Notes: a model not told the origin generated them from the letters alone. A stretch of DNA of 32,935 bases from Omnitrophica bacterium RBG_13_46_9 (GCA_001804045.1 MHFD01000076.1:10136-43070); one strand, 5' to 3'. Counted from the first letter of the stretch, positions 21,077 through 29,215 are shown. Numbers and translations: made by a program.

Positions 21077-22174
21077 TCAGGCGATCTGCATGGGCAAAAC
21101 CACATATGTATATTCGTTGCCGAGCCTTATGACGCCAGGTTTATCGGAGTCCGCCAACTCAAGACTGACGTCTTTTGCCTCAATGTTTTTTAATACTTCT
21201 ATAATATAATAAGGGTTAAATCCCACTGATATGTCTTTCCCTTTATACAATACCCCCAATTCCTCTCTCACCTCGCCCATATAGGGTGTATTTTTAGATA
21301 TGGACATTTTATTTTTGGATATATCGAATTTAACTGTCATAGAATCAGGGTTAACAAGAAGGGACGCCCTTTTAGTCGCTGATAAAAGAGCGTCTCTATC
21401 AACTATTATCTTCTCCTTCGTCTCTTTGGGTATGACTTGCTCATAATTGGGGAATTCACCCTCAATGAGACGGGAAATGATGAGCGTGTCTTTGAGATCG
21501 AATAAGATCTGGTTTTCGTCGAATGAAATCTTGACCTCTCCCTCATCCTGTAATAATCTACTTAACTCCTGGACTGTTTTTGAGGGTATTATGATCTTTT
21601 TCTCCGGGATCGGCTGGGTTGGAAGTTCTTTTTCTATAACAGCGAGTCTTCTTCCGTCAGTGGCTACCAATTTGATTGATTTGTTTTTTATCTCGCACAA
21701 TACCCCGTTTAGCACATACCTCGTCTCATCATGACTCACCGCGAAACTTGTCATGACTATCATGTCTTTGACAAATTTTTGCGGTAAGGTCAACATGTCT
21801 TTATCCGTGAAGTTTGGCGGTTGGGGAAACTCCTCCTTCGGCAATCCTATTATTTTAAAAACTATTTTGTCGCATTCTATAGTGATTATATTATTTTTTT
21901 TTGTGGAGATAGAGATATCGCACTTATCCGGAAGTTCTTTCATGATATCCAGGAATTTCTTGGCCGGAAGCGTCACAGCGCCTTCTACCTCGGATTTTAT
22001 CGGTGTTGTCGAGGATATGCCCATATCAAGGTCTGTGGCTGTTATTTTTACCAGGTCCTTATATGTCTCTAGCAACATGTTTGATAATATGGGTAAAGTG
22101 GTTTTGGAAGATACCGCATTTTGCACTTTTTGAAGAGTTTTAGTAATTTGATCTTTAGTTGTCACAAATTTCAT
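21077..22174 (-). CDS. dnaN: DNA polymerase III beta sliding clamp
   Basis: Three-domain clamp-length ORF, MKFVTTKDQITKTLQKVQNAVSSKTTLPILSNMLLE... The ATG at 22174 is preceded by AAGGGGGTGA. The track start (GTG at 22183) lies inside that SD-like sequence. Confidence 0.95.
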   Translation of the reverse strand: MKFVTTKDQITKTLQKVQNAVSSKTTLPILSNMLLETYKDLVKITATDLDMGISSTTPIKSEVEGAVTLPAKKFLDIMKELPDKCDISISTKKNNIITIECDKIVFKIIGLPKEEFPQPPNFTDKDMLTLPQKFVKDMIVMTSFAVSHDETRYVLNGVLCEIKNKSIKLVATDGRRLAVIEKELPTQPIPEKKIIIPSKTVQELSRLLQDEGEVKISFDENQILFDLKDTLIISRLIEGEFPNYEQVIPKETKEKIIVDRDALLSATKRASLLVNPDSMTVKFDISKNKMSISKNTPYMGEVREELGVLYKGKDISVGFNPYYIIEVLKNIEAKDVSLELADSDKPGVIRLGNEYTYVVLPMQIA

Positions 22175-22183
22175 ATTTATCAC

Positions 22184-22348
22184 CCCCTTATTCTACTTCG
22201 ACTAATAGATATTAATCTTAAAGACAGTAATAATAGTAATAGGGTTAAAAAATGTTGATATTTACATAATATCCATAAAACAAAAGAGTTAGAATAAAAA
22301 ACTTATACACACCTTATCAACATATCCACAGCCACCATTACCACACCA
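22184..22348. promoter_or_regulatory. candidate oriC module (AT-rich unwinding region plus DnaA-box-like 9-mers) in the dnaA-dnaN spacer
   Basis: Very AT-rich stretch at 22200-22300. It is followed by TTATACACA (22303-22311), TTATCAACA (22314-22322) and ATATCCACA (22322-22330). Each is one mismatch from TTATCCACA. Confidence 0.5.
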
Positions 22349-23740
22349 TTAAGAACCACTCTTTATGCTTAAAACCAGTTTATCTATAACCCAACCCATC
22401 TTTTCATCCTTTTTTAAGTCATTTTCAATCTTCTCACAGGCATGAAGGACTGTTGTATGGTCCCTCCCGCCGAAAAAACGCCCTATCTCAGGCAGGGAAA
22501 GATCTGTAAGGTCCCTACTTAAGTACATGGCTATCTGGCGCGGATAAGCCACCGCTTTTGTCCTTTTTTTTATCTTCATGTCTTGCAGATTGATATTAAA
22601 ATATTGAGCCACTTTTTTTTGTATCAGATCGACCCCGACTCTTTTCTCGCCCTCAATAATCATCTCTTTTAATACCTCTTTGGCGAGGTCTATAGTTATG
22701 TCTTTGTTCATCAATTTTGCGTAAGCGACTACGCGTATAAGCGCACCCTCCAGCTCCCTTATATTTGTTTTAACTTTTTCGGCCAACAAGAAAAAGAAAT
22801 CATCGGGCAGGTGTATGGTTTCCGCCTCACATTTCTTTCTTAAAATCGCTATTCTTGTTTCAAAATCGGGCGGCTGGATATCCGTAATCAAACCCCACTC
22901 AAACCTGGATATCAACCTCTCCTCTAAAGTAGGGATTTCTTTGGGCGAACGGTCGCTTGACAGCACTATCTGTTTATGGGCGTCGTACAAAGAATTGAAT
23001 GTATGGAAAAACTCTTCCTGCGTGGCTTCCTTGCCCGCTATGAAATGGATATCATCTATTAAGATCATATCCACAGTGCGGTACTTCTGTCGGAATTTTT
23101 GCGTAGCCCTGTTCTGAATCGCGGATATCAATTGATTTGTGAACTCTTCGCTGGATATATATAATATCTTTGCTCTAGTGTTATTTTTTGCCAGCTCATT
23201 TCCCATCGCGTGCATGAGGTGGGTCTTGCCTAATCCGACACCCCCATATATGAAAAGCGGGTTATACGCTTTGGCGGGGGATTCCGCGATAGCCAATGAG
23301 GCGGCGTGGGCAAATCTGTTGCTCGGGCCCACCACGAAACTGTCAAATGTATATTTTGGATTTAGACCCGTATCTTTTAAAAAAACATCCTCGGCTTGCT
23401 TGGGAAAGACAGACCTGAACCACCCCTTCTTCTGTGTTGGTTTTTTTTCGGATTCCTTTTGGGGCGCCACTTCTTTGACGGCCGAAATAGAGAATTCTAT
23501 ATTTATCTTCTTGTTGGCGATTTCACTCAGGTAGGAACCTAATAGGTTTGAGTATCTTTCTCTGACCCACTCTTTAAAAAATTCATTGGGAACTCCAAGC
23601 GTAAGCGTATCATCCGAAAGAGATACGGGTATTATCGGCGCAAACCATGCATTAAATACCTGCTCACTGACCTCGCTTTTTATGCAGTTCAGGAGGTTGT
23701 CCCACAATTCTTTATGAACATTTTCCACAGGGTTATCCAC
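22349..23740 (-). CDS. dnaA: chromosomal replication initiator DnaA
   Basis: 463 aa. AAA+ Walker A GGVGLGKTHLMHA, Walker B ILIDDIHF, sensor and box VII regions. C-terminal DNA-binding helix GGRDHTTVLHACEKI. The start is GTG at 23740 (alternative GTG at 23728). Confidence 0.96.
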   Translation of the reverse strand: MDNPVENVHKELWDNLLNCIKSEVSEQVFNAWFAPIIPVSLSDDTLTLGVPNEFFKEWVRERYSNLLGSYLSEIANKKINIEFSISAVKEVAPQKESEKKPTQKKGWFRSVFPKQAEDVFLKDTGLNPKYTFDSFVVGPSNRFAHAASLAIAESPAKAYNPLFIYGGVGLGKTHLMHAMGNELAKNNTRAKILYISSEEFTNQLISAIQNRATQKFRQKYRTVDMILIDDIHFIAGKEATQEEFFHTFNSLYDAHKQIVLSSDRSPKEIPTLEERLISRFEWGLITDIQPPDFETRIAILRKKCEAETIHLPDDFFFLLAEKVKTNIRELEGALIRVVAYAKLMNKDITIDLAKEVLKEMIIEGEKRVGVDLIQKKVAQYFNINLQDMKIKKRTKAVAYPRQIAMYLSRDLTDLSLPEIGRFFGGRDHTTVLHACEKIENDLKKDEKMGWVIDKLVLSIKSGS

Positions 23741-23796
23741 AGCTATTCGACCAGTAATTCAATATAAATATACAGTTTATTCACAGGTTATCCACA
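23721..23796 (+). promoter_or_regulatory. cluster of four co-oriented DnaA boxes at the dnaA 5' end / promoter
   Basis: TTTTCCACA 23721-23729, TTATCCACA 23733-23741 (perfect), TTATTCACA 23777-23785, TTATCCACA 23788-23796 (perfect). Confidence 0.65.
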
Positions 23797-24315
23797 AGAG
23801 ATATAGCGGGGGTATTGAGGTGTTATGCTAAAAAAGATAGATTTTATCATTGGATTTAAGCATGGCAGAAAAAGCCGCCCTGCAGACAATAAGCACGGAC
23901 AAACGCCTGGCATTTCTGCCGAAATAAAAAACCCCTGTCAGCGCAAGAAAATTTTATGAAACAATTATATCAAACCAATATTTTTTTGCAAGCGATTTCT
24001 TTGCAAAAGGTGTATTATTTTTAATATTCAATTACGCCTGGAAGAAATGATTATCGTGATTCTTTTGCTTCTAAAAAGGAAATTACGGTTATTCTTTGCT
24101 TATGAAATATGCAATCTAGATTATGAAGATCCGGGTTTCGGTCGCTGTAGTCTATTTTTCATGTTTTTATCCCGGATGAAACTTTCAAGTTCTGGACTTC
24201 TCCGGGGTCCCGGTTAGATTCTTGGGGCGTTTATGCATTCGGGATGCGCATGCGATCCCTGCGGTCACCTTAAGGCCTAACGAGATAATTAAAATAACAC
24301 AAGCCGGTTTTCTGC

Positions 24316-24343
24316 TTGACTATAATTTAAAGTATGTTATAAT
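24316..24343 (+). promoter_or_regulatory. sigma70-type promoter for rpmH-rnpA-yidD-yidC
   Basis: TTGACT (24316-24321), a 16-nt spacer, then TATAAT (24338-24343). The rpmH ATG lies only 10 nt downstream of the -10 element. Confidence 0.5.
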
Positions 24344-24352
24344 CAACCCGCT

Positions 24353-24493
24353 ATGAAAAAAACATTAAGACCAAAATCCAACCTTAAGAGAAAGCGCAAG
24401 CATGGATTCCGGCGCCGGATGCGCACCAAATCCGGTCGGGACGTTTTAAAAAGACGGAGGAGAAAAAAACACAGGGTCTTGACTGTACAATAA
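24353..24493 (+). CDS. rpmH: 50S ribosomal protein L34
   Basis: Hand translation: [46 protein letters not shown] (46 aa). It has the conserved KRKRxHGFRxRM core and the canonical position upstream of rnpA. It is below the ORF-track length cutoff. Confidence 0.92.
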   Translation: MKKTLRPKSNLKRKRKHGFRRRMRTKSGRDVLKRRRRKKHRVLTVQ

Positions 24494-24538
24494 CGCTGAT
24501 TTTCTCTACTTTGTTCTCACTTTATCGGCGTATGACCC

Positions 24539-24889
24539 ATGAAAAGAAAGCATTGCCTTAGAAAATCATCTGATTTCAGGAAGATATTCAAAGAGGGCAA
24601 AAGATTTTTAAGCCCTCATTTCGTTTTATATATACGGGAAAACTCGTCCTCGACCACTAGAACCGGCGTATCAATCCTAAAAGGGCATTTTAAGCTCGCT
24701 ACCCGCAGAAACAGATTGAGAAGAATAGCAAAAGAGCTATTTAGAAAAGAAGTGATCCCATTTGTTCAAGGCTATGACTTAGTGATTACTTCTAGGGCGG
24801 GTTTGCCACACTCAAATGCTGGCGAAGCGGAGAATGAGATTAAAAACCTGATATTGGGAATAGATCATCGAAAATACGAAAGTAGATGA
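24539..24889 (+). CDS. rnpA: ribonuclease P protein component
   Basis: 116 aa, basic. LRKSSDFRKIFKEGKRF... and the RNR-type motif ATRRNRLRRIAKE. It sits in the rpmH-rnpA-yidD-yidC synteny. Confidence 0.9.
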   Translation: MKRKHCLRKSSDFRKIFKEGKRFLSPHFVLYIRENSSSTTRTGVSILKGHFKLATRRNRLRRIAKELFRKEVIPFVQGYDLVITSRAGLPHSNAGEAENEIKNLILGIDHRKYESR

Positions 24890-24919
24890 CCGGATAGCTA
24901 TGCATAGACGGAGTATACG

Positions 24920-25141
24920 ATGTTCTCTAATATAATGAGGAATATACTGATTTTTCTAATAAATTTTTATCGTAACTTCTTATCTCCAATGAAGTTACAA
25001 ACTTGCAGATTCTATCCGACCTGTTCAGGATATGCATTGCAATGTCTGAAAGAATTCGGTCTGATCAAAGGAATTATTAAAAGCGTAAAAAGGATACTAA
25101 AGTGTCACCCACTTCATCCGGGTGGGTTTGATCCGGTTTAA
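24920..25141 (+). CDS. yidD: membrane protein insertion efficiency factor YidD
   Basis: 73 aa. It has the hallmark CRFYPTCSGYALQCLKEFG...KRILKCHPLHPGGFDPV. Confidence 0.92.
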   Translation: MFSNIMRNILIFLINFYRNFLSPMKLQTCRFYPTCSGYALQCLKEFGLIKGIIKSVKRILKCHPLHPGGFDPV

Positions 25142-25154
25142 TTTAAATAAGTTT

Positions 25155-26741
25155 ATGGAAAAACGTTTAATAACAGCGATAGTTTTATCGATTTTAGTCA
25201 TTCTCATATGCCAATCTTTGGTTCCCAGACCAAAAGAGCCTATGGCGCGGCCGGTAGCTCAAAAAGTCGATATACCTACCATCAAAAAGGATGCCCTGCC
25301 GACAGAATTTGCCCAGGAGCCGGTTTCTTATAAAGAAAAAGAAACCATTATTGAAACAGAAAAATACATCCTGACTTTTACAGACATAGGCGGCTCTTTA
25401 AAGGAAATAAGATTAAAGGAGTATTTAGACCACGCTACAGGGTCTCCGTTAATTTTAGTTTCTAACGCGGTAGAGAATAGAGCGATATGCTCTATTCAAA
25501 GCGATGCATTAATTAAATTCCTTTACAAAAGAGAATTTTCATTAATCAAACAAGACCCGGACAAGATTGTATATGAATATTTGGTTCCAGGCGCGTTTAA
25601 AGTTACCAAAGAATACAATTTTTATAAGTATAACGATTATATAGAGTTACATATATTAATCTATAATCTTGGCAACATAACAATAAATAAAGATTACGAT
25701 ATATTAGGTGCATCCGGCCTTCAATCAGCAGGACTGACAATGGGAAGAAGCTTTTTGGAGGCAACTTCAATGATAGACGGTAAAATATCGCGGACCACAA
25801 GAATAAAAAACGGAGAACAGCTTATAAAAGGTATTATTTCGTGGACCGGTATCAGAGAAAGATATTTTTGCATAGCCCTCAAACCGCAGCAAGAGTCAGA
25901 AGCAGTCATACTTAAACAATTTGGTAAATCCAACATAGCTAGCGGGGTAAGATCAAAGATAGCTCCTATTTATGCCGGAGGAATAACAGAAGATTCCTAC
26001 TTCTTATATATCGGGCCCAATATCGCGGAACGACTGAAAAAAATAACTCCTGACTTGGATAATATTGTAAATTATGGAATATTTGGCATAATAACCAAAG
26101 GCCTGCTCATTACATTAAGGGCATTTTATAATGTGACAAAAAATTGGGGTGTCGCGATTATAATGCTCACATTTCTCATAAATATAATCGTCTTTCCTTT
26201 AACCAGAAAAAGTTTTCTTTCGATGAAAAAAATGCAAGACATCCAGCCCCACATGGAAAAATTACGCAAACTTCACAAAGATAATCCACAGAAATTAAAC
26301 AAAGAGCTGGCAGAACTTTATAGGCAGTATAATATAAATCCCTTAGGAGGTTGCCTGCCGCTTTTATTACAAATGCCTGTCTTTATTGCACTATATCAAG
26401 GATTGATAAGTTCAATAGAGTTAAAAGGAGCTAACTTCTTATGGATAAAAGACTTATCCTCACCTGACTATATACATATACCAGTAAGTTTACCATTTTT
26501 AGGAAACCAGATTCATATCTTGCCTATCCTTATGGTGGTAGCAATGTTTTTTCAACAGAGGATGTCTACTAAACACACACCAACTACAACAAAGGAACAA
26601 GAGCAGCAGCAAAAGATCATGCTTTTCTTATTTCCGGTATTTTTTGGATTCATATTTTATAGTTTCCCTTCCGGGCTAGTTCTTTATTGGCTCACGAATA
26701 CTATATTGATGGTAGTCGAACACTCTACCATGAAGCATTAG
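25155..26741 (+). CDS. yidC: membrane protein insertase YidC
   Basis: N-terminal TM segment (MEKRLITAIVLSILVILI), a periplasmic domain, then the conserved 60-kDa IMP core (NWGVAIIMLTFLINIIVFPLT, NPLGGCLPLLLQMPVFIALY, GLVLYWLTNTILMV). The ATG at 25155 is preferred over the GTG at 25122, which overlaps yidD. Confidence 0.94.
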   Translation: MEKRLITAIVLSILVILICQSLVPRPKEPMARPVAQKVDIPTIKKDALPTEFAQEPVSYKEKETIIETEKYILTFTDIGGSLKEIRLKEYLDHATGSPLILVSNAVENRAICSIQSDALIKFLYKREFSLIKQDPDKIVYEYLVPGAFKVTKEYNFYKYNDYIELHILIYNLGNITINKDYDILGASGLQSAGLTMGRSFLEATSMIDGKISRTTRIKNGEQLIKGIISWTGIRERYFCIALKPQQESEAVILKQFGKSNIASGVRSKIAPIYAGGITEDSYFLYIGPNIAERLKKITPDLDNIVNYGIFGIITKGLLITLRAFYNVTKNWGVAIIMLTFLINIIVFPLTRKSFLSMKKMQDIQPHMEKLRKLHKDNPQKLNKELAELYRQYNINPLGGCLPLLLQMPVFIALYQGLISSIELKGANFLWIKDLSSPDYIHIPVSLPFLGNQIHILPILMVVAMFFQQRMSTKHTPTTTKEQEQQQKIMLFLFPVFFGFIFYSFPSGLVLYWLTNTILMVVEHSTMKH

Positions 26742-26778
26742 ATTGATAAATAAAGTTATGTGGCAGAAATGTATTTAC

Positions 26779-26904
26779 CCATGAACCAGAAAGCCACGCC
26801 TGTAAGGGCGCGGATGAATGGCTTTCGGTTCAGGGTTCCGCTCTATCGGTGGAGCGGAACCCTGTAAAAAGAGAAGCCACCGCTGTAAGGCGGTGGAGCT
26901 TCAC
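26779..26904 (+). mobile_element. 126-nt non-autonomous IS200/IS605-like element (PATE/MITE), copy 2, between yidC and the Jag_N gene
   Basis: The left flank is TTAC (26775-26778). AAAG (26790-26793) precedes hairpin CCACGCC-tgtaag-GGCGCGG (26794-26813). The central palindrome is at 26831-26864. GAAG (26873-26876) precedes hairpin CCACCGC-tgtaag-GCGGTGG (26877-26896). The element ends in TCAC (26901-26904). Confidence 0.8.
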
Positions 26905-26932
26905 GTCACATCATTTTAAACACGGTGCAAGA

Positions 26933-27133
26933 ATGAAAGAAAGATTTATTGAAGTAGAAGCGAAGACGACCCAAGAAGCAATAAAAATAGCGCTTGAAAA
27001 ACTAAATGTGAAAAAAGAAGATGTCGAGATAAAGATATTGCGCGAAGAACATAAAGGTCTTTTTGGAATGGAAGGCGCAGAGCTAGCCAAGATAAAAGCT
27101 ATAGTTAAAAAAAGATCACAAAAAAACCTATAA
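26933..27133 (+). CDS. Jag_N-domain-only protein (truncated Jag/KhpB homologue)
   Basis: MKERFIEVEAKTTQEAIKIALEKLNVKKEDVEIKILREEHKGLFGMEGAELAKIKA matches the Jag N-terminal domain. The protein stops after 66 aa, with no KH or R3H domain. The track start at 26849 is a GTG inside the element palindrome and is rejected. Confidence 0.7.
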   Translation: MKERFIEVEAKTTQEAIKIALEKLNVKKEDVEIKILREEHKGLFGMEGAELAKIKAIVKKRSQKNL

Positions 27134-27338
27134 TAATTTCACAAATCCACATATATTTTTCTAGCATATGCTATTGACTTTCAGGATCATGTCAGGTAAA
27201 CTTGCTCTAATAAGGAATAGAAACAAAATATGTTTTTTAATACTTAATCAACATATTGAATTTGTTTCTAATACCTTGGATATTTGAAAAGTAGGGTTAA
27301 TTAAATAAACAAAATAGTCAAACAGTGTTTTATATACG

Positions 27339-27354
27339 GTTTCCACGTGGAAAC
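27339..27354. promoter_or_regulatory. parS-like 16-bp perfect palindrome upstream of parAB
   Basis: GTTTCCACGTGGAAAC, compared with canonical parS TGTTTCACGTGAAACA. Each half-site is GTTTCCAC instead of GTTTCAC. It lies about 105 nt upstream of the parA start. Confidence 0.45.
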
Positions 27355-27459
27355 TTTTATAAATTTACAACTTCTGCATATGGCATTGGCGCTTCTCAAT
27401 AATCCGGTATTTGCAGCGTAAGCAGCTAAAACAGATAACCTAAATATAGCGGGGAACAA

Positions 27460-28284
27460 TTGGCAAAAATCATCGCCATTTGTAATCAAAAAGGTGGTAC
27501 AGGAAAAACCACTACTACCCTAAGTTTGGCTTCTTACCTGGCCATAGAAAACAAAAGAACTCTCCTTATAGATCTTGACCCACAATCAAACGCAACCAGT
27601 GGAATAGGTATTAATAAACATTCTGTTACCAGTAGCATTTATAATGTACTGCATGGGTACGTTACATTGGAGAGTGTTGTTGTGCCGACTCAAATTGACA
27701 ATCTAAGCTTGGCGCCTTCCAATCTTGATCTTACCGGTGCCGAAGTAGAACTGGTTAACGTCATGAGCAGGGAATATCGATTAAAAAAATCTATGGAAAA
27801 TATGCTTGTTCCATATGATTTTGTTTTGATAGACTGCCCGCCGTCGCTTGGACTTTTGACTGTAAATGCGCTTACAGCTGCTGACTCTGTAATCATCCCT
27901 ATTCAGTGCGAATACTACGCATTAGAGGGATTATCACAACTTATGAATACTGTAAATTTGATCAAAGAAAATTTGAACAATAGACTTGCGATAGAAGGTG
28001 TACTGCTTACTATGGCAGATTTTCGGACTAATTTAACAAAAGAAGTTATAGAAGAGGTCAATAGATTCTTTGGTGACAAGGTTTATAAGACCATAATACC
28101 AAGGTCAATAAAACTTTCCGAAGCACCTGGATTTGGCAAACCTATTTTGTTGTATGACAAGAATTCCATTGGAGCTTTTGCATATCAAAATCTGGCAAAA
28201 GAAGTTTTAGGAATTTTTACACAACCACTTGAAAATAAAGAGGTTGTAATGGAGGAGGAGCAACATGGAAAAGAGATTAGGTAA
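27460..28284 (+). CDS. parA: chromosome partitioning ATPase ParA/Soj
   Basis: TTG start. Deviant Walker A: IAICNQKGGTGKTTTT. Further ParA motifs: IDLDPQSNAT, VLIDCPPSLG. Confidence 0.94.
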   Translation: MAKIIAICNQKGGTGKTTTTLSLASYLAIENKRTLLIDLDPQSNATSGIGINKHSVTSSIYNVLHGYVTLESVVVPTQIDNLSLAPSNLDLTGAEVELVNVMSREYRLKKSMENMLVPYDFVLIDCPPSLGLLTVNALTAADSVIIPIQCEYYALEGLSQLMNTVNLIKENLNNRLAIEGVLLTMADFRTNLTKEVIEEVNRFFGDKVYKTIIPRSIKLSEAPGFGKPILLYDKNSIGAFAYQNLAKEVLGIFTQPLENKEVVMEEEQHGKEIR

Positions 28285-29107
28285 GGGTTTAAATGCGCTG
28301 ATTCCTGAAAATATTACAACTTCCGAATCTATGGAAAGGATAAACAAGTTAAAAATCAACTCTATAAAACCTAGCCAAATGCAACCAAGAAAAAAATTTG
28401 ACGATGAAAAGTTAAGAGAATTAAAAGATTCAATTATGGGAAAGGGGATAATCCAGCCGATCGTAGTTCGGCCGGTAGACGGTGGGTATGAACTTATTGC
28501 CGGTGAACGTCGCTTTAGGGCTGCAAAAGAACTGGGTTTTGATGAAATCCCTGCGATTGTAAAAGATGTAAGCGATGCGGATAGCCTGGAATTATCTTTG
28601 ATAGAGAATATCCAGCGGGAAGAATTAAACCCTGTCGAAGAAGCTCACGCGTACATGGAGCTTATAGACAGATTTAATTTTTCGCAGGACGATATTTCAA
28701 AGGCTATAGGAAAAGATAAATCGACTGTTTCAAACGCCATCAGGATTCTCGCCCTGCCTAAGCTTATACAGGATTATATTTCCGAAAATCTTGTCTCAAT
28801 GGGGCATGCCAAAGCCATTCTTTCGCTTCCTTTGGACAGAGCGAGAATAAAACTGGCGAAAAAAATTATAAGAAAAAACCTATCGGTCAGACAGACAGAA
28901 GAAGTGGTAAGGCTGCGGCTGCAAAGACCGTTGCGCAAAATGTCCGAAAAGGACGGGCATCTCATCAGTATTGAAGAGGAACTGCAGCATTTTCTTGGAA
29001 CGCGCGTAAAGATCACTCACGGCAAAAAACGCGGACGGATAGAAATCTCCTATTACTCGAACGAAGATCTCGAACGCATCCTGAGGCTTATCAAGAAGGA
29101 CATGTAA
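28265..29107 (+). CDS. parB: chromosome partitioning protein ParB/Spo0J
   Basis: LGKGLNALIP N-terminus. ParB box IQPIVVRP...YELIAGERRFRAAKELG. HTH: QDDISKAIGKDKSTVSNAIRIL. It overlaps the parA end by 20 nt. Confidence 0.94.
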   Translation: MEKRLGKGLNALIPENITTSESMERINKLKINSIKPSQMQPRKKFDDEKLRELKDSIMGKGIIQPIVVRPVDGGYELIAGERRFRAAKELGFDEIPAIVKDVSDADSLELSLIENIQREELNPVEEAHAYMELIDRFNFSQDDISKAIGKDKSTVSNAIRILALPKLIQDYISENLVSMGHAKAILSLPLDRARIKLAKKIIRKNLSVRQTEEVVRLRLQRPLRKMSEKDGHLISIEEELQHFLGTRVKITHGKKRGRIEISYYSNEDLERILRLIKKDM

Positions 29108-29215
29108 GGCGGTCTGTTGCCTACGGCATTGAGCGAAAATCCCGAGAAGTGTTTTGTAATAACCAATTTAAGGAATGATTACGGTGATTTTTTGCTTTTT
29201 AAAAGATGCAACCCG

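Noticed and set aside
26849-26932. 5' extension of the Jag_N ORF (GTG at 26849)
   Set aside because: The GTG lies inside the central palindrome of the 126-nt element, and the extension is encoded by element sequence. The conserved domain begins at the ATG at 26933.
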